Assembly: GCA_963754255.1 (NCBI GenBank)
Contig: CAVWEW010000011.1
Location: 34,638-98,637, forward strand
Direction of reading: 5' to 3'
From: an uncultured Actinomycetota bacterium
Lineage (GTDB): Bacteria; Actinomycetota; Acidimicrobiia; Acidimicrobiales; Bog-793
DNA length: 64,000 bases
This document shows positions 57,476 to 64,000 of the stretch, one piece after another (within the stretch, counting starts at the first letter, position 1; every line of letters begins with the position of its first letter). Under the pieces are notes generated by a model. That model saw nothing but the letters and a program-made list of their open reading frames with translations. It had not been told where the DNA came from and ran no database searches. Both the position numbers and the translations under genes were made by a program.

Positions 57476-58483
57476 TCAGCTCCCGGCCGGCCCCGACCCG
57501 TCCGCCTCGACGGCGGCCCGCTGCTCCAGCCAGCGGTGCAGGCCGGCGGCGTTGGAGTGAAAGCCGTTCAGCGTCTCGAGCTTCTCCTTGGTCGCGTCGT
57601 CGAGGACGGTTCCGTCCGCGGCCGCTCCCGCCGGCCCCCCGCCGAAGCGCCTCTCGAGAGCCACCGCGATGTCCTCGCCCGCCCGCCACGCCCGCTCGGC
57701 TTCCTCCGCCCAGGATCGCAACGTGCCGTCGGCCTCCTCCAACAGCTCGTAGGGGTCGAGCGGCACGAGGCCGTAATGAGCCAGAGCGATGCCGACCGGC
57801 CTGTGCTCGGCGAAGCGCCGCAAGGAAGTCAGCGCCTGGTCGAGGTCGAAGTCCGGCGGCGGGGTCGCCGGCCGGAGCACGCCACCATCGGGCAGGCGCA
57901 CACCGACGGCGTCGCCGGCGAACAAGAGCCCGCTCACGCTGTCGAGCAGTCCGAGGTGGTGCTTGGCATGTCCCGGTGAGTCGATGGTGTGCAGGCTGCG
58001 CCCGTGGCCGACGTCGATCTCCTCGCCGTCTGCCAGGACGTGGATGCGCTCGGCCGGAGTCGGGTCGAGCCGGCCGTAGAGGGAGTCGAGGAGGGGCCCG
58101 TAGACCCGGGCCGCCGAGTTGACGAGCCGGGAGGGATCGACGAGATGACGGGCTCCCTTCTCGTGCACGTAGACCGTGGCGCTCGGAAAGGCGCGGGCGA
58201 CGTCTCCCACCCCGCCGGCATGGTCGAGGTGGATGTGGGTGACCGCCACGCCGGCGAGATCGGCCGGTGACACTCCGAGCCGGTCGAGTGCCCCCAAAAG
58301 AGTCGTGATCGAGCTCTGGCTGCCCGTCTCGACGAGGACCGGACGGGGACCCTCGATGAGGTAACCGGCCGTCATCCTCTCCCAGCCGCCGAGCATGGTG
58401 TCGATCTCGATCACGCCGGCGGCGATTCGCCGCCCGGGCTCCGAGCCACCGGCGCGAGCGGCAGCTTCGCCGGACGGCTCCAC
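57476..58483 (-). CDS. MBL-fold metallo-hydrolase
   Basis: VAVTHIHLDHAGGVGDV (HxHxDH), SPGHAKHH and a later LAHYG. An alternative GTG start lies at 58414 (VIEIDTMLGG). Confidence 0.75.
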   Translation of the reverse strand: MEPSGEAAARAGGSEPGRRIAAGVIEIDTMLGGWERMTAGYLIEGPRPVLVETGSQSSITTLLGALDRLGVSPADLAGVAVTHIHLDHAGGVGDVARAFPSATVYVHEKGARHLVDPSRLVNSAARVYGPLLDSLYGRLDPTPAERIHVLADGEEIDVGHGRSLHTIDSPGHAKHHLGLLDSVSGLLFAGDAVGVRLPDGGVLRPATPPPDFDLDQALTSLRRFAEHRPVGIALAHYGLVPLDPYELLEEADGTLRSWAEEAERAWRAGEDIAVALERRFGGGPAGAAADGTVLDDATKEKLETLNGFHSNAAGLHRWLEQRAAVEADGSGPAGS

Positions 58484-58564
58484 GCCGGCGGGAGCGGCAG
58501 CCTCGCCGGGCAGTGCTCCCCCGCCCCTCTCTGGGCCGTCAGGAGCTCCGCCGCTCGTGGTCCG

Positions 58565-59389
58565 TCACCCCCGCTCCCGCAACCAGGTGCGGGCGATGAC
58601 GGTGGCGTAACGGGGCCCGTAGAGCAGGTTGCTCCCTTTCTTCGACTCGCCGGAGGTGCGGGGGTGCCAGACGGCGGGACGCTCGGCGATGCGCCACCCG
58701 CGGCTGGCAGCGCTGATGATCAGCTCGGCCGTCTGGTACTGGTCCTGCTCGAGCAGCACGTCTTTCAGCACGTCGATCCGCAGGGCCCGGAACCCGTTCG
58801 ACGTGTCCGTCAGCTTCTGCCCGGTCAGGCGGTTGATGACGGCGGCGAAGACGAGGACACCGGTCTTGCGCAGCTGGTCGCTCGTCTGATCGACGCCGAG
58901 GCGGCGGCTGGCGATCACGAAGTCCGCCTCGCCGGCGACGACCGGCTCGAGCAGGCCGGCGATCTCCTTCGGGTCGTTCTGACCGTCGGCGTCGAGAGTG
59001 ACCACGTACTCGGCGCCGTGCTCGATGGCCAGTTCGTAACCGAGGCGCAGCGCCACGCCGTGGCCGAGGTTCACCGGCAGCTTGGCGTAGAACGCCCCCG
59101 TGGGGTCCACCACCTGCTCGGTGCCGTCGTCGCCGCCGTCTATCACGACGAGGGTGGACGTCTTCAGGCCGCATATCTCGGCCGGCACCGCCTCGAGGAC
59201 GGGACCGATGTTGTCCGCTTCCAGGTATGCGGCGAGGAGCACGAGGACGGGGGCGAACTTGAGCCCCGGATGGCGTTCCTCGAAGTCCCGCCGGGCCAGA
59301 TCGGTTCCGAGACGCTTCATGTCCTCGTACCGCCGCCGGAAGCGGTCCTTCGGCCCTTTCACCGGGGGGATACGACTGCCGAGCGACAT
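58565..59389 (-). CDS. Glycosyltransferase family 2 (polyprenyl-phosphate sugar synthase-like)
   Basis: MSLGSRIPPV... starts at ATG 59389, sharing one base with the upstream stop (TGATG). Motifs include VIDGGDDGT, LDADGQNDP (DxD) and NGFRAL. Confidence 0.8.
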   Translation of the reverse strand: MSLGSRIPPVKGPKDRFRRRYEDMKRLGTDLARRDFEERHPGLKFAPVLVLLAAYLEADNIGPVLEAVPAEICGLKTSTLVVIDGGDDGTEQVVDPTGAFYAKLPVNLGHGVALRLGYELAIEHGAEYVVTLDADGQNDPKEIAGLLEPVVAGEADFVIASRRLGVDQTSDQLRKTGVLVFAAVINRLTGQKLTDTSNGFRALRIDVLKDVLLEQDQYQTAELIISAASRGWRIAERPAVWHPRTSGESKKGSNLLYGPRYATVIARTWLRERG

Positions 59390-60441
59390 CAGCTCCCGCC
59401 TCCGATCTCGATGACCACCTTCACGTCGTCGGCCTGGCGCTCGAGTGCCCCGGCGAACTGCTCCATCGGGGCCCGGCGCGTGATCAGCTTGGCCAGCCAT
59501 GCCGAGTCCGCTTTGGCAAGCGCCTCGCCGGCTGCCTCGTAATGGCGGCGGTTGGCGTTCACAGAGCCGACGATGCACTCGTTCTGCAGGACGATGTCAC
59601 GGTTGACGAGGCCGGCGTCGACCTCCAGATTGCGACCGGTCGGCGACACTCCGGTCAGGCAGACGACGCCACCGGAGGAGACGTGCTCGATGGCTTCGAA
59701 CACGAGGGCGCCGACGCCGGTGCACTCCATGATGACGTCGGGCGAGGCGCACGCCGAGGCGATGGGGCCGGTGTGGTAGTGCGCGCCGAGCGCCTCCACG
59801 AGGTCGGGCTTGAGGCCCTCTGTCACCTGATCGATGACGTGCACCTCGAGACCCTTCTGGACCCCGATGAGGGCCGCCAGCAGCCCGATCGGCCCGGCCC
59901 CTGTCACGACTGCCCGCTCGGGCCGCCACTGGGCCCGGTTGCCGGTGCGATCGGCCTGCTCCCATGCTTTTGCGACGACGCTCGTCGGCTCGAGGAGGAC
60001 GCCGAGGGTTCCGAGCCGGCTGTCGAGCTTCACGAGAGCGTCCGGGAGCGCCCGGTACCTCTCCCGCATGAACCCGTCGAGGGACTTGATGCCGTGCTCG
60101 GTGTACTGGCCGTTCCGGCAGAAGTCCCATTCGCCGGCGGCGCAGCTGTAGCACGGCACCGGGTCAGGCCTCCTCACGATGCCGACGACGTAGTCACCCT
60201 TCGCCAAGCCGGACCCATCGGGTGCCTCGGCCACGCGGCCGATCGACTCGTGCCCGAGCACCAGCCTCTCGTGACCGGGGGGCGCCCATCCGTACTCTCC
60301 GGCAGAGATCTCCAGATCAGTGCCGCATACCCCGACTGCCAGGGTCTCGACGAGGACGGGCCCGTCGCCTTCAGGCGGCTCGTCGAAATCCTCCAGCTGC
60401 GCTGAGCCGGCCTTGCCCGGCACGATGGTGATGGCTTTCAC
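59389..60441 (-). CDS. Zn-dependent MDR-family dehydrogenase, glucose-1-dehydrogenase-like
   Basis: MKAITIVPGK..., GVCGTDLE, LGHESIG, structural-Zn Cys region (PCYSCAAGEWDFC) and the NAD(P) fold VVTGAGPIGLLA. The overall pattern resembles archaeal-type glucose dehydrogenases as I remember them. Confidence 0.75.
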   Translation of the reverse strand: MKAITIVPGKAGSAQLEDFDEPPEGDGPVLVETLAVGVCGTDLEISAGEYGWAPPGHERLVLGHESIGRVAEAPDGSGLAKGDYVVGIVRRPDPVPCYSCAAGEWDFCRNGQYTEHGIKSLDGFMRERYRALPDALVKLDSRLGTLGVLLEPTSVVAKAWEQADRTGNRAQWRPERAVVTGAGPIGLLAALIGVQKGLEVHVIDQVTEGLKPDLVEALGAHYHTGPIASACASPDVIMECTGVGALVFEAIEHVSSGGVVCLTGVSPTGRNLEVDAGLVNRDIVLQNECIVGSVNANRRHYEAAGEALAKADSAWLAKLITRRAPMEQFAGALERQADDVKVVIEIGGGS

Positions 60442-60526
60442 GTGGCCTCCTCCATAGGGGTGTGAGCCGTCGGAACGCCGCCGCCGGCCGGCTCGACGTC
60501 CGCGGTCGCCGACCCGGTCTACCGGC

Positions 60527-62437
60527 TCAGTGCTTCAGCCCGAGCCGGTGGCGGCGGTGCGGGCGCGGGCTGCGGAGGGTGCCCCCCGGATGGCTCACGG
60601 TTGTGCCCTTGATGCGCTCGAGATGAGTCATGCCGGTGCCGAGGTCCTTCAGAGCAAGCCCGATCGCGGTGTTGACGAGTGAGACGTGGGAGAACGCTTG
60701 GGGAAAGTTGCCCACGAGCCTGCCGGCGACCGGGTCGTACTCCTCTGACAGCAGGCCCAGGTCGTTGCGGAGCGACAACAGCTTCTCGAAGAGGGTCTCG
60801 GCCTCGTCGGTCCGCCCGATCAGATGGAGGTCGTCTGCCATCCAGAACGAGCAGGCGAGAAAGGCGCCCTCCCTGCCGGAGAGCCCGTCCACGTGCTCGG
60901 AACGCTGCGAGTCGTACCGCATGACAAACCCGTCGACGGTGAGCTCTTGCTGGATCGCCTCCACGGTCCCGATCACGCGGGGATCCTGAGCAGGCAAGAA
61001 ACCCACCAGAGGGATCATCAACACACTCGCGTCGAGCTCCTTCGAGCCGTAGTACTGGGTGAAGGTGTTGCGTTCCCGGTCGTAGCCCTTCTCGAGCACC
61101 TCGGTGTGGATCTCGTCCCGGAGCGCCTTCCACTTGTCGGTCGGTCCGTCCAGGCCGAAGCCTTCGATATCACTCAAGACGCTGTTCACTGCGTTCCAGG
61201 CCATCACTTTTGAATGGGTGAAGTGGCGGCGGGGTCCCCGCACCTCCCAGATGCCGTCGTCGGGCTCCTTCCAGCCGGACTCGAGGAAATCCATGATGGC
61301 CACTTCCATGTCCCAGGCGGGATCGGCCGACTGAATCCCGGTCCGGCGTGCCTCGTGGAGAGCGCCGAGTACCTCGCCGTAGACGTCGAGCTGGTACTGG
61401 CCGGAGGCGGCGTTGCCTACCCGGACAGGCGCCGATCCCTCGTAGCCGGGCAGCCACGGGATCTCCCGCTCGAGCAGGTTCCTCTCGCCGGCCGGCCCGT
61501 ACATGATCTGCAGCTTGGACGGTTCGCCGGCGACGGCTCGCAGCAGCCAGTCCCGCCAGGCAGACGCCTCGTCGTAGTAGCCGCACGCCATGAGGGCCGA
61601 GAGCGTGAGGGTGGCGTCCCGCAGCCACGAGAAGCGGTAGTCCCAGTTCCGGGAGCCCCCGAGCGCCTCGGGGAGCGACGTCGTGGCGGCGGCGATGATC
61701 CCGCCTGTCGGCTGGAAGGTGAGCGCCTTCAAGGTTATGAGGGAGCGCACGACCGGGTCCTGCCAGCTCCCGAGGTCGACGTGCTCCATCTCCGCCCACT
61801 GCTGCCAGAATTGGGCCGTGTGGTCGACCGCGTAGCCGCCGTCGATCGGTCGGGGCACATCGTCTGTCGAGGCGAAGTAGCTGAGGACGAAGGGCACGCG
61901 GTTGCCCTCGCGGAGCGTGAACTCGGCGACTGTGCTCATGTCCCTGCCGTGGGTGTGCACGGGAGACCAGAGCGCCAATCCGTCGGGACCGGCCACGGCT
62001 GACAGGACTCCGTCCTGTCGCCGGACCCACGGGATGGCAGAGCCGTACTCCAGGCGGATGGTGAGGTCCATCCGCATCGCCACGGCGCCCCTGGTGCATT
62101 CGACCATCCGGACGATCTGCGGATGCACCTGACGGATCGGCATGCAGTCGGTGAGCTTGACGGTGCCCTCGGGCAGGTCCCACTCCGTCTCGAGGACGAG
62201 CGAGTTCTCGACGTACCGGCGGCGGGTGGCGAGCAGCGGCTCCCCCTTCCCCGGAGGAGGGCTTGCCTGTGGGGCGATGCGCCACAGGCCGTGCTCGGGG
62301 CGGCCGAGAAGGTTGGCGAAGACGGACGACGAGTCGAAGCGGGGCAGGCACAGCCAGTCGATCGAACCGTCGCGCCCGACGAGGGCAGCGGTCTGGGTAT
62401 CCCCGATCAGGCCGTAGTCCTCGATGCGCAGAGCCAC
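60527..62437 (-). CDS. Glycoside hydrolase family 15 (glucoamylase/trehalase-type)
   Basis: MALRIEDYGLIGDTQTAALVGRDGSIDWLCLPRFDSSSVFANLLG, ..SLPE..GGSRNWDYRFSWLRDA.. and ..FLACSFWMAD.. are typical of bacterial GH15. Confidence 0.85.
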   Translation of the reverse strand: MALRIEDYGLIGDTQTAALVGRDGSIDWLCLPRFDSSSVFANLLGRPEHGLWRIAPQASPPPGKGEPLLATRRRYVENSLVLETEWDLPEGTVKLTDCMPIRQVHPQIVRMVECTRGAVAMRMDLTIRLEYGSAIPWVRRQDGVLSAVAGPDGLALWSPVHTHGRDMSTVAEFTLREGNRVPFVLSYFASTDDVPRPIDGGYAVDHTAQFWQQWAEMEHVDLGSWQDPVVRSLITLKALTFQPTGGIIAAATTSLPEALGGSRNWDYRFSWLRDATLTLSALMACGYYDEASAWRDWLLRAVAGEPSKLQIMYGPAGERNLLEREIPWLPGYEGSAPVRVGNAASGQYQLDVYGEVLGALHEARRTGIQSADPAWDMEVAIMDFLESGWKEPDDGIWEVRGPRRHFTHSKVMAWNAVNSVLSDIEGFGLDGPTDKWKALRDEIHTEVLEKGYDRERNTFTQYYGSKELDASVLMIPLVGFLPAQDPRVIGTVEAIQQELTVDGFVMRYDSQRSEHVDGLSGREGAFLACSFWMADDLHLIGRTDEAETLFEKLLSLRNDLGLLSEEYDPVAGRLVGNFPQAFSHVSLVNTAIGLALKDLGTGMTHLERIKGTTVSHPGGTLRSPRPHRRHRLGLKH

Positions 62438-62539
62438 AGCGCCATCATGGCCGATCGCTGTCGGGACATGCAGCCAACGCGGCTCAGGGCCTCAGGACAT
62501 GCGGTCATCGGCGGGTCGCCGGCGGGGGATTCAGTCGGC

Positions 62540-62671
62540 GGATCAGCTGTCGGTGCGGGCGCCGGTCGGGGCGGATCAGCTCGTGGTGCAGGCGCCGGTC
62601 GAGGCGGATCAGCTGTCGGTGCAGGCGCCGGTCGAGGCGGATCAGCTGTCGGTGCAGGCGCCGGTCGAGGC
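62540..62671. repeat. Four head-to-tail copies of a 33-bp unit (ggatcagctgtcggtgcaggcgccggtcgaggc)
   Basis: Counted by hand. Copies lie at 62540-62572, 62573-62605, 62606-62638 and 62639-62671. Copies 3 and 4 are identical. Copy 2 has a 4-nt block changed (gtcg to tcgt). Copy 1 has 2 substitutions. A more degenerate partial copy may precede at about 62507-62539. Copy 4 contains the last 9 codons and the TGA of marP. Confidence 0.9.
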
Positions 62672-63823
62672 GATCGAACCGGCCGGTCGCCTCTCCGCGA
62701 GCAGGACGCGTGCGCGCACACCGGGAGACGCGAGTGCGAAGCCGATCCGGTTCTCGTTGGCGGCCCGGGAGAAGACGATCCCGATCACCGTGCCGCCCGA
62801 TTCGACGAGCGGGCCACCGGAGTTGCCCGGGCGCACCAGAGACCGGATCTCGTAGATCTGGCGCTGGACGCTCGTCGTGCCGTAGATGTTCGTCGACACG
62901 GGGTCGAAGCGCATGAGAACCCCCGCCGGCTGAGGGTCGAGGAAGGTCTCGCCCCCCGGATAGCCGAGCACCGTCGCCTTCGTGCCCCGGCTCACGTATC
63001 CCGGGTCGAGCCGGAGTGGCGGCTCGGGGACGTTCGCCCGGAGGACGGCGAGGTCGAAGTTCGGGTCGAAGAAGACGGGGGTGGCAGCCACGGACCGGAC
63101 ACCGCCGTAGTCGACGGAGATCTGGCTCGTGCCGGCGATCACGTGAGCGTTCGTCACAACGAGGTGCGGTGCGACGACGAAGCCCGACCCTTCCTGGACG
63201 ACGCCGACGCAGCCCCCGGCGACGATCCGCACCGTCGAAGGTCCGTCCGCGAGAACGGCGGCGCGAACGGCCGGGGCTTTCGGCAGCGGCACGGGGCCGG
63301 TGGACGGCAGGATGCCCAAGTAGCCGAACGAGAAGCCGTCGTCGTTGAGCTGCCGCTCCACCGTCGCCAGCTCGTTAGGCAGGCCGGGCATGACGTCGGT
63401 GACGGCGTGGAGCACGGCGGAGTCCTCTATCTGGCGCGAGACCTGCCCGACCTGGCTCTGGGCCAGCATCGAGGCCAGCAACCACACCACGACGAGAGCA
63501 CCGGTCATGGCGACGACAGCGCCCGTCGCCGAGTCGACGGCGGCAATGGCGTGGCCGTGCAGCCGGCGCCAGATTCGGGTGCCGATCTGCCGACCGGCGC
63601 CCCAGAGCAGGCTGGTAGGCACGAGGAGGCACAGCAGGGCCACGAAGGTCCTCGTGAAGGGATCGTGCAGATGCGGCAACACCTGTGAGATGAGAGCTAT
63701 GCCGAGCGCCGCCCCGACGATGGCTCCGGCAAAAGAGAGCACCTGCACCGCCGCACCGAGGCGCACCCCGTGCACAGCTGCCAGCACGACGACGATGATT
63801 ATGATGACGTCGAGCGCGTCCAT
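62642..63823 (-). CDS. marP: MarP-type membrane-anchored serine protease (CvpA-like 4-TM N-terminus + chymotrypsin-fold domain)
   Basis: N-terminal hydrophobic helices (MDALDVIIIIVVVLAAVHG..., FAGAIVGAALGIALI, FVALLCLLVP, AVVAMTGALVVVWLLA). The protease part is VVTNAHVI (His), FDLAVLR (Asp) and RPGNSGGPLV (Ser). A Cys close to the C-terminus (STGACTDS) matches mycobacterial MarP/Rv3671c. Confidence 0.75.
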   Translation of the reverse strand: MDALDVIIIIVVVLAAVHGVRLGAAVQVLSFAGAIVGAALGIALISQVLPHLHDPFTRTFVALLCLLVPTSLLWGAGRQIGTRIWRRLHGHAIAAVDSATGAVVAMTGALVVVWLLASMLAQSQVGQVSRQIEDSAVLHAVTDVMPGLPNELATVERQLNDDGFSFGYLGILPSTGPVPLPKAPAVRAAVLADGPSTVRIVAGGCVGVVQEGSGFVVAPHLVVTNAHVIAGTSQISVDYGGVRSVAATPVFFDPNFDLAVLRANVPEPPLRLDPGYVSRGTKATVLGYPGGETFLDPQPAGVLMRFDPVSTNIYGTTSVQRQIYEIRSLVRPGNSGGPLVESGGTVIGIVFSRAANENRIGFALASPGVRARVLLAERRPAGSIASTGACTDS

Positions 63824-64000
63824 CAGGTGCGGCCGGGATCCATAGCCCGACCGAGTGTAGGTGGTCGTTGTATCCCGAGGTCTTCAGCCGGCCTCCCTGC
63901 TCGCGCCGCTTGGGCCAAAGGTGGGCTAGACCTATTGCATGGGCGGTGACTCACCGCGTCCCTCGGACGACATCGGCAGTCAGGCGTCTCCCGGTCAGAG

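Noticed and set aside
62540-62671. Possible CRISPR array, given the regular ~33-bp repeats.
   Set aside because: The units are directly contiguous with no spacers. No cas genes are nearby, and the Cas4-like gene at 55216 is 6 kb away and unrelated in context.
62407-62721. 104-aa minus-strand ORF encoding a (DPPRPAPAPTA)x4 proline-rich repeat across the 33-bp array. The plus-strand ORF 62424..62855 also has ADQLSVQAPVE repeats.
   Set aside because: Both are simply alternative-frame readings of the tandem repeat. The minus-strand ORF would overlap the GH15 start, and no independent start or RBS signal supports it. A small repeat protein cannot be formally excluded.
63830-64000. Possible gene upstream of marP. 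One candidate is a minus-strand frame open to the window edge and ending in a TGATG overlap with the marP start. The other is a plus-strand ATG at 63939.
   Set aside because: Only about 60 codons are visible. Third-position GC is unremarkable in both candidates and there is no recognisable motif, so the evidence is insufficient to call either.

Overview
High-GC, densely coding chromosomal window. It looks Actinomycetota-like: a marP-type protease, a class F sortase, an LLM/F420-type oxidoreductase, a GAF-ANTAR regulator and an LppY/LpqO-like DUF1259 protein are all present. All calls come from reading the ORF translations and DNA by eye using remembered family motifs. No BLAST or HMM search was run.

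Gene content from left to right:
- Two tandem secreted PQQ-like beta-propeller paralogs.
- An accessory Clp locus: an XRE regulator, a ClpP paralog lacking the whole Ser-His-Asp triad, and a divergent active ClpP.
- ABC-F ATPase, tadA, an MBL lactonase-like gene, a P-loop kinase::LLM oxidoreductase fusion, and a LOG-family gene.
- A roughly 1,240-codon Zn-ribbon/class III cyclase/AAA/TPR gene broken by two frameshifts, divergent from a patatin gene.
- A wHTH regulator, a Cys-pair/Gly-rich repeat surface protein and a class F sortase.
- A split large-subunit catalase, a GAF-ANTAR gene, a Tat-DUF1259 gene and a 6-blade Kelch protein.
- A large peptide-utilisation block: M55 DppA-like, M20 and M28 peptidases, two DAO-type flavoenzymes and a complete Dpp/Opp-type ABC importer.
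- IS debris and a dead crotonase gene.
- A nitrilase-superfamily/hydantoinase A-B/ADP-forming acyl-CoA synthetase block, followed by a second peptide-type importer that has no ATPase genes.
- tRNA-Ser(CGA), a GH3 remnant, an HtrA-like protease, an MFS transporter, a Cas4-like Fe-S nuclease candidate, a VOC gene and an MBL gene.
- A co-directional marP, GH15, glucose-dehydrogenase-like and GT2 run.

Main points for a second look:
1. The Clp locus with the triad-less ClpP paralog.
2. A perfect 33-bp tandem array that re-copies the 3' end and stop codon of marP.
3. The sortase F substrate, which has six CX12-16C Gly-rich loops and a non-LPXTG (APQTG) signal.
4. An unusually high density of single-nucleotide frameshifts in otherwise intact genes. 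This is either assembly indel error or genuine gene decay.

No CRISPR array, rRNA gene or intact prophage was seen.
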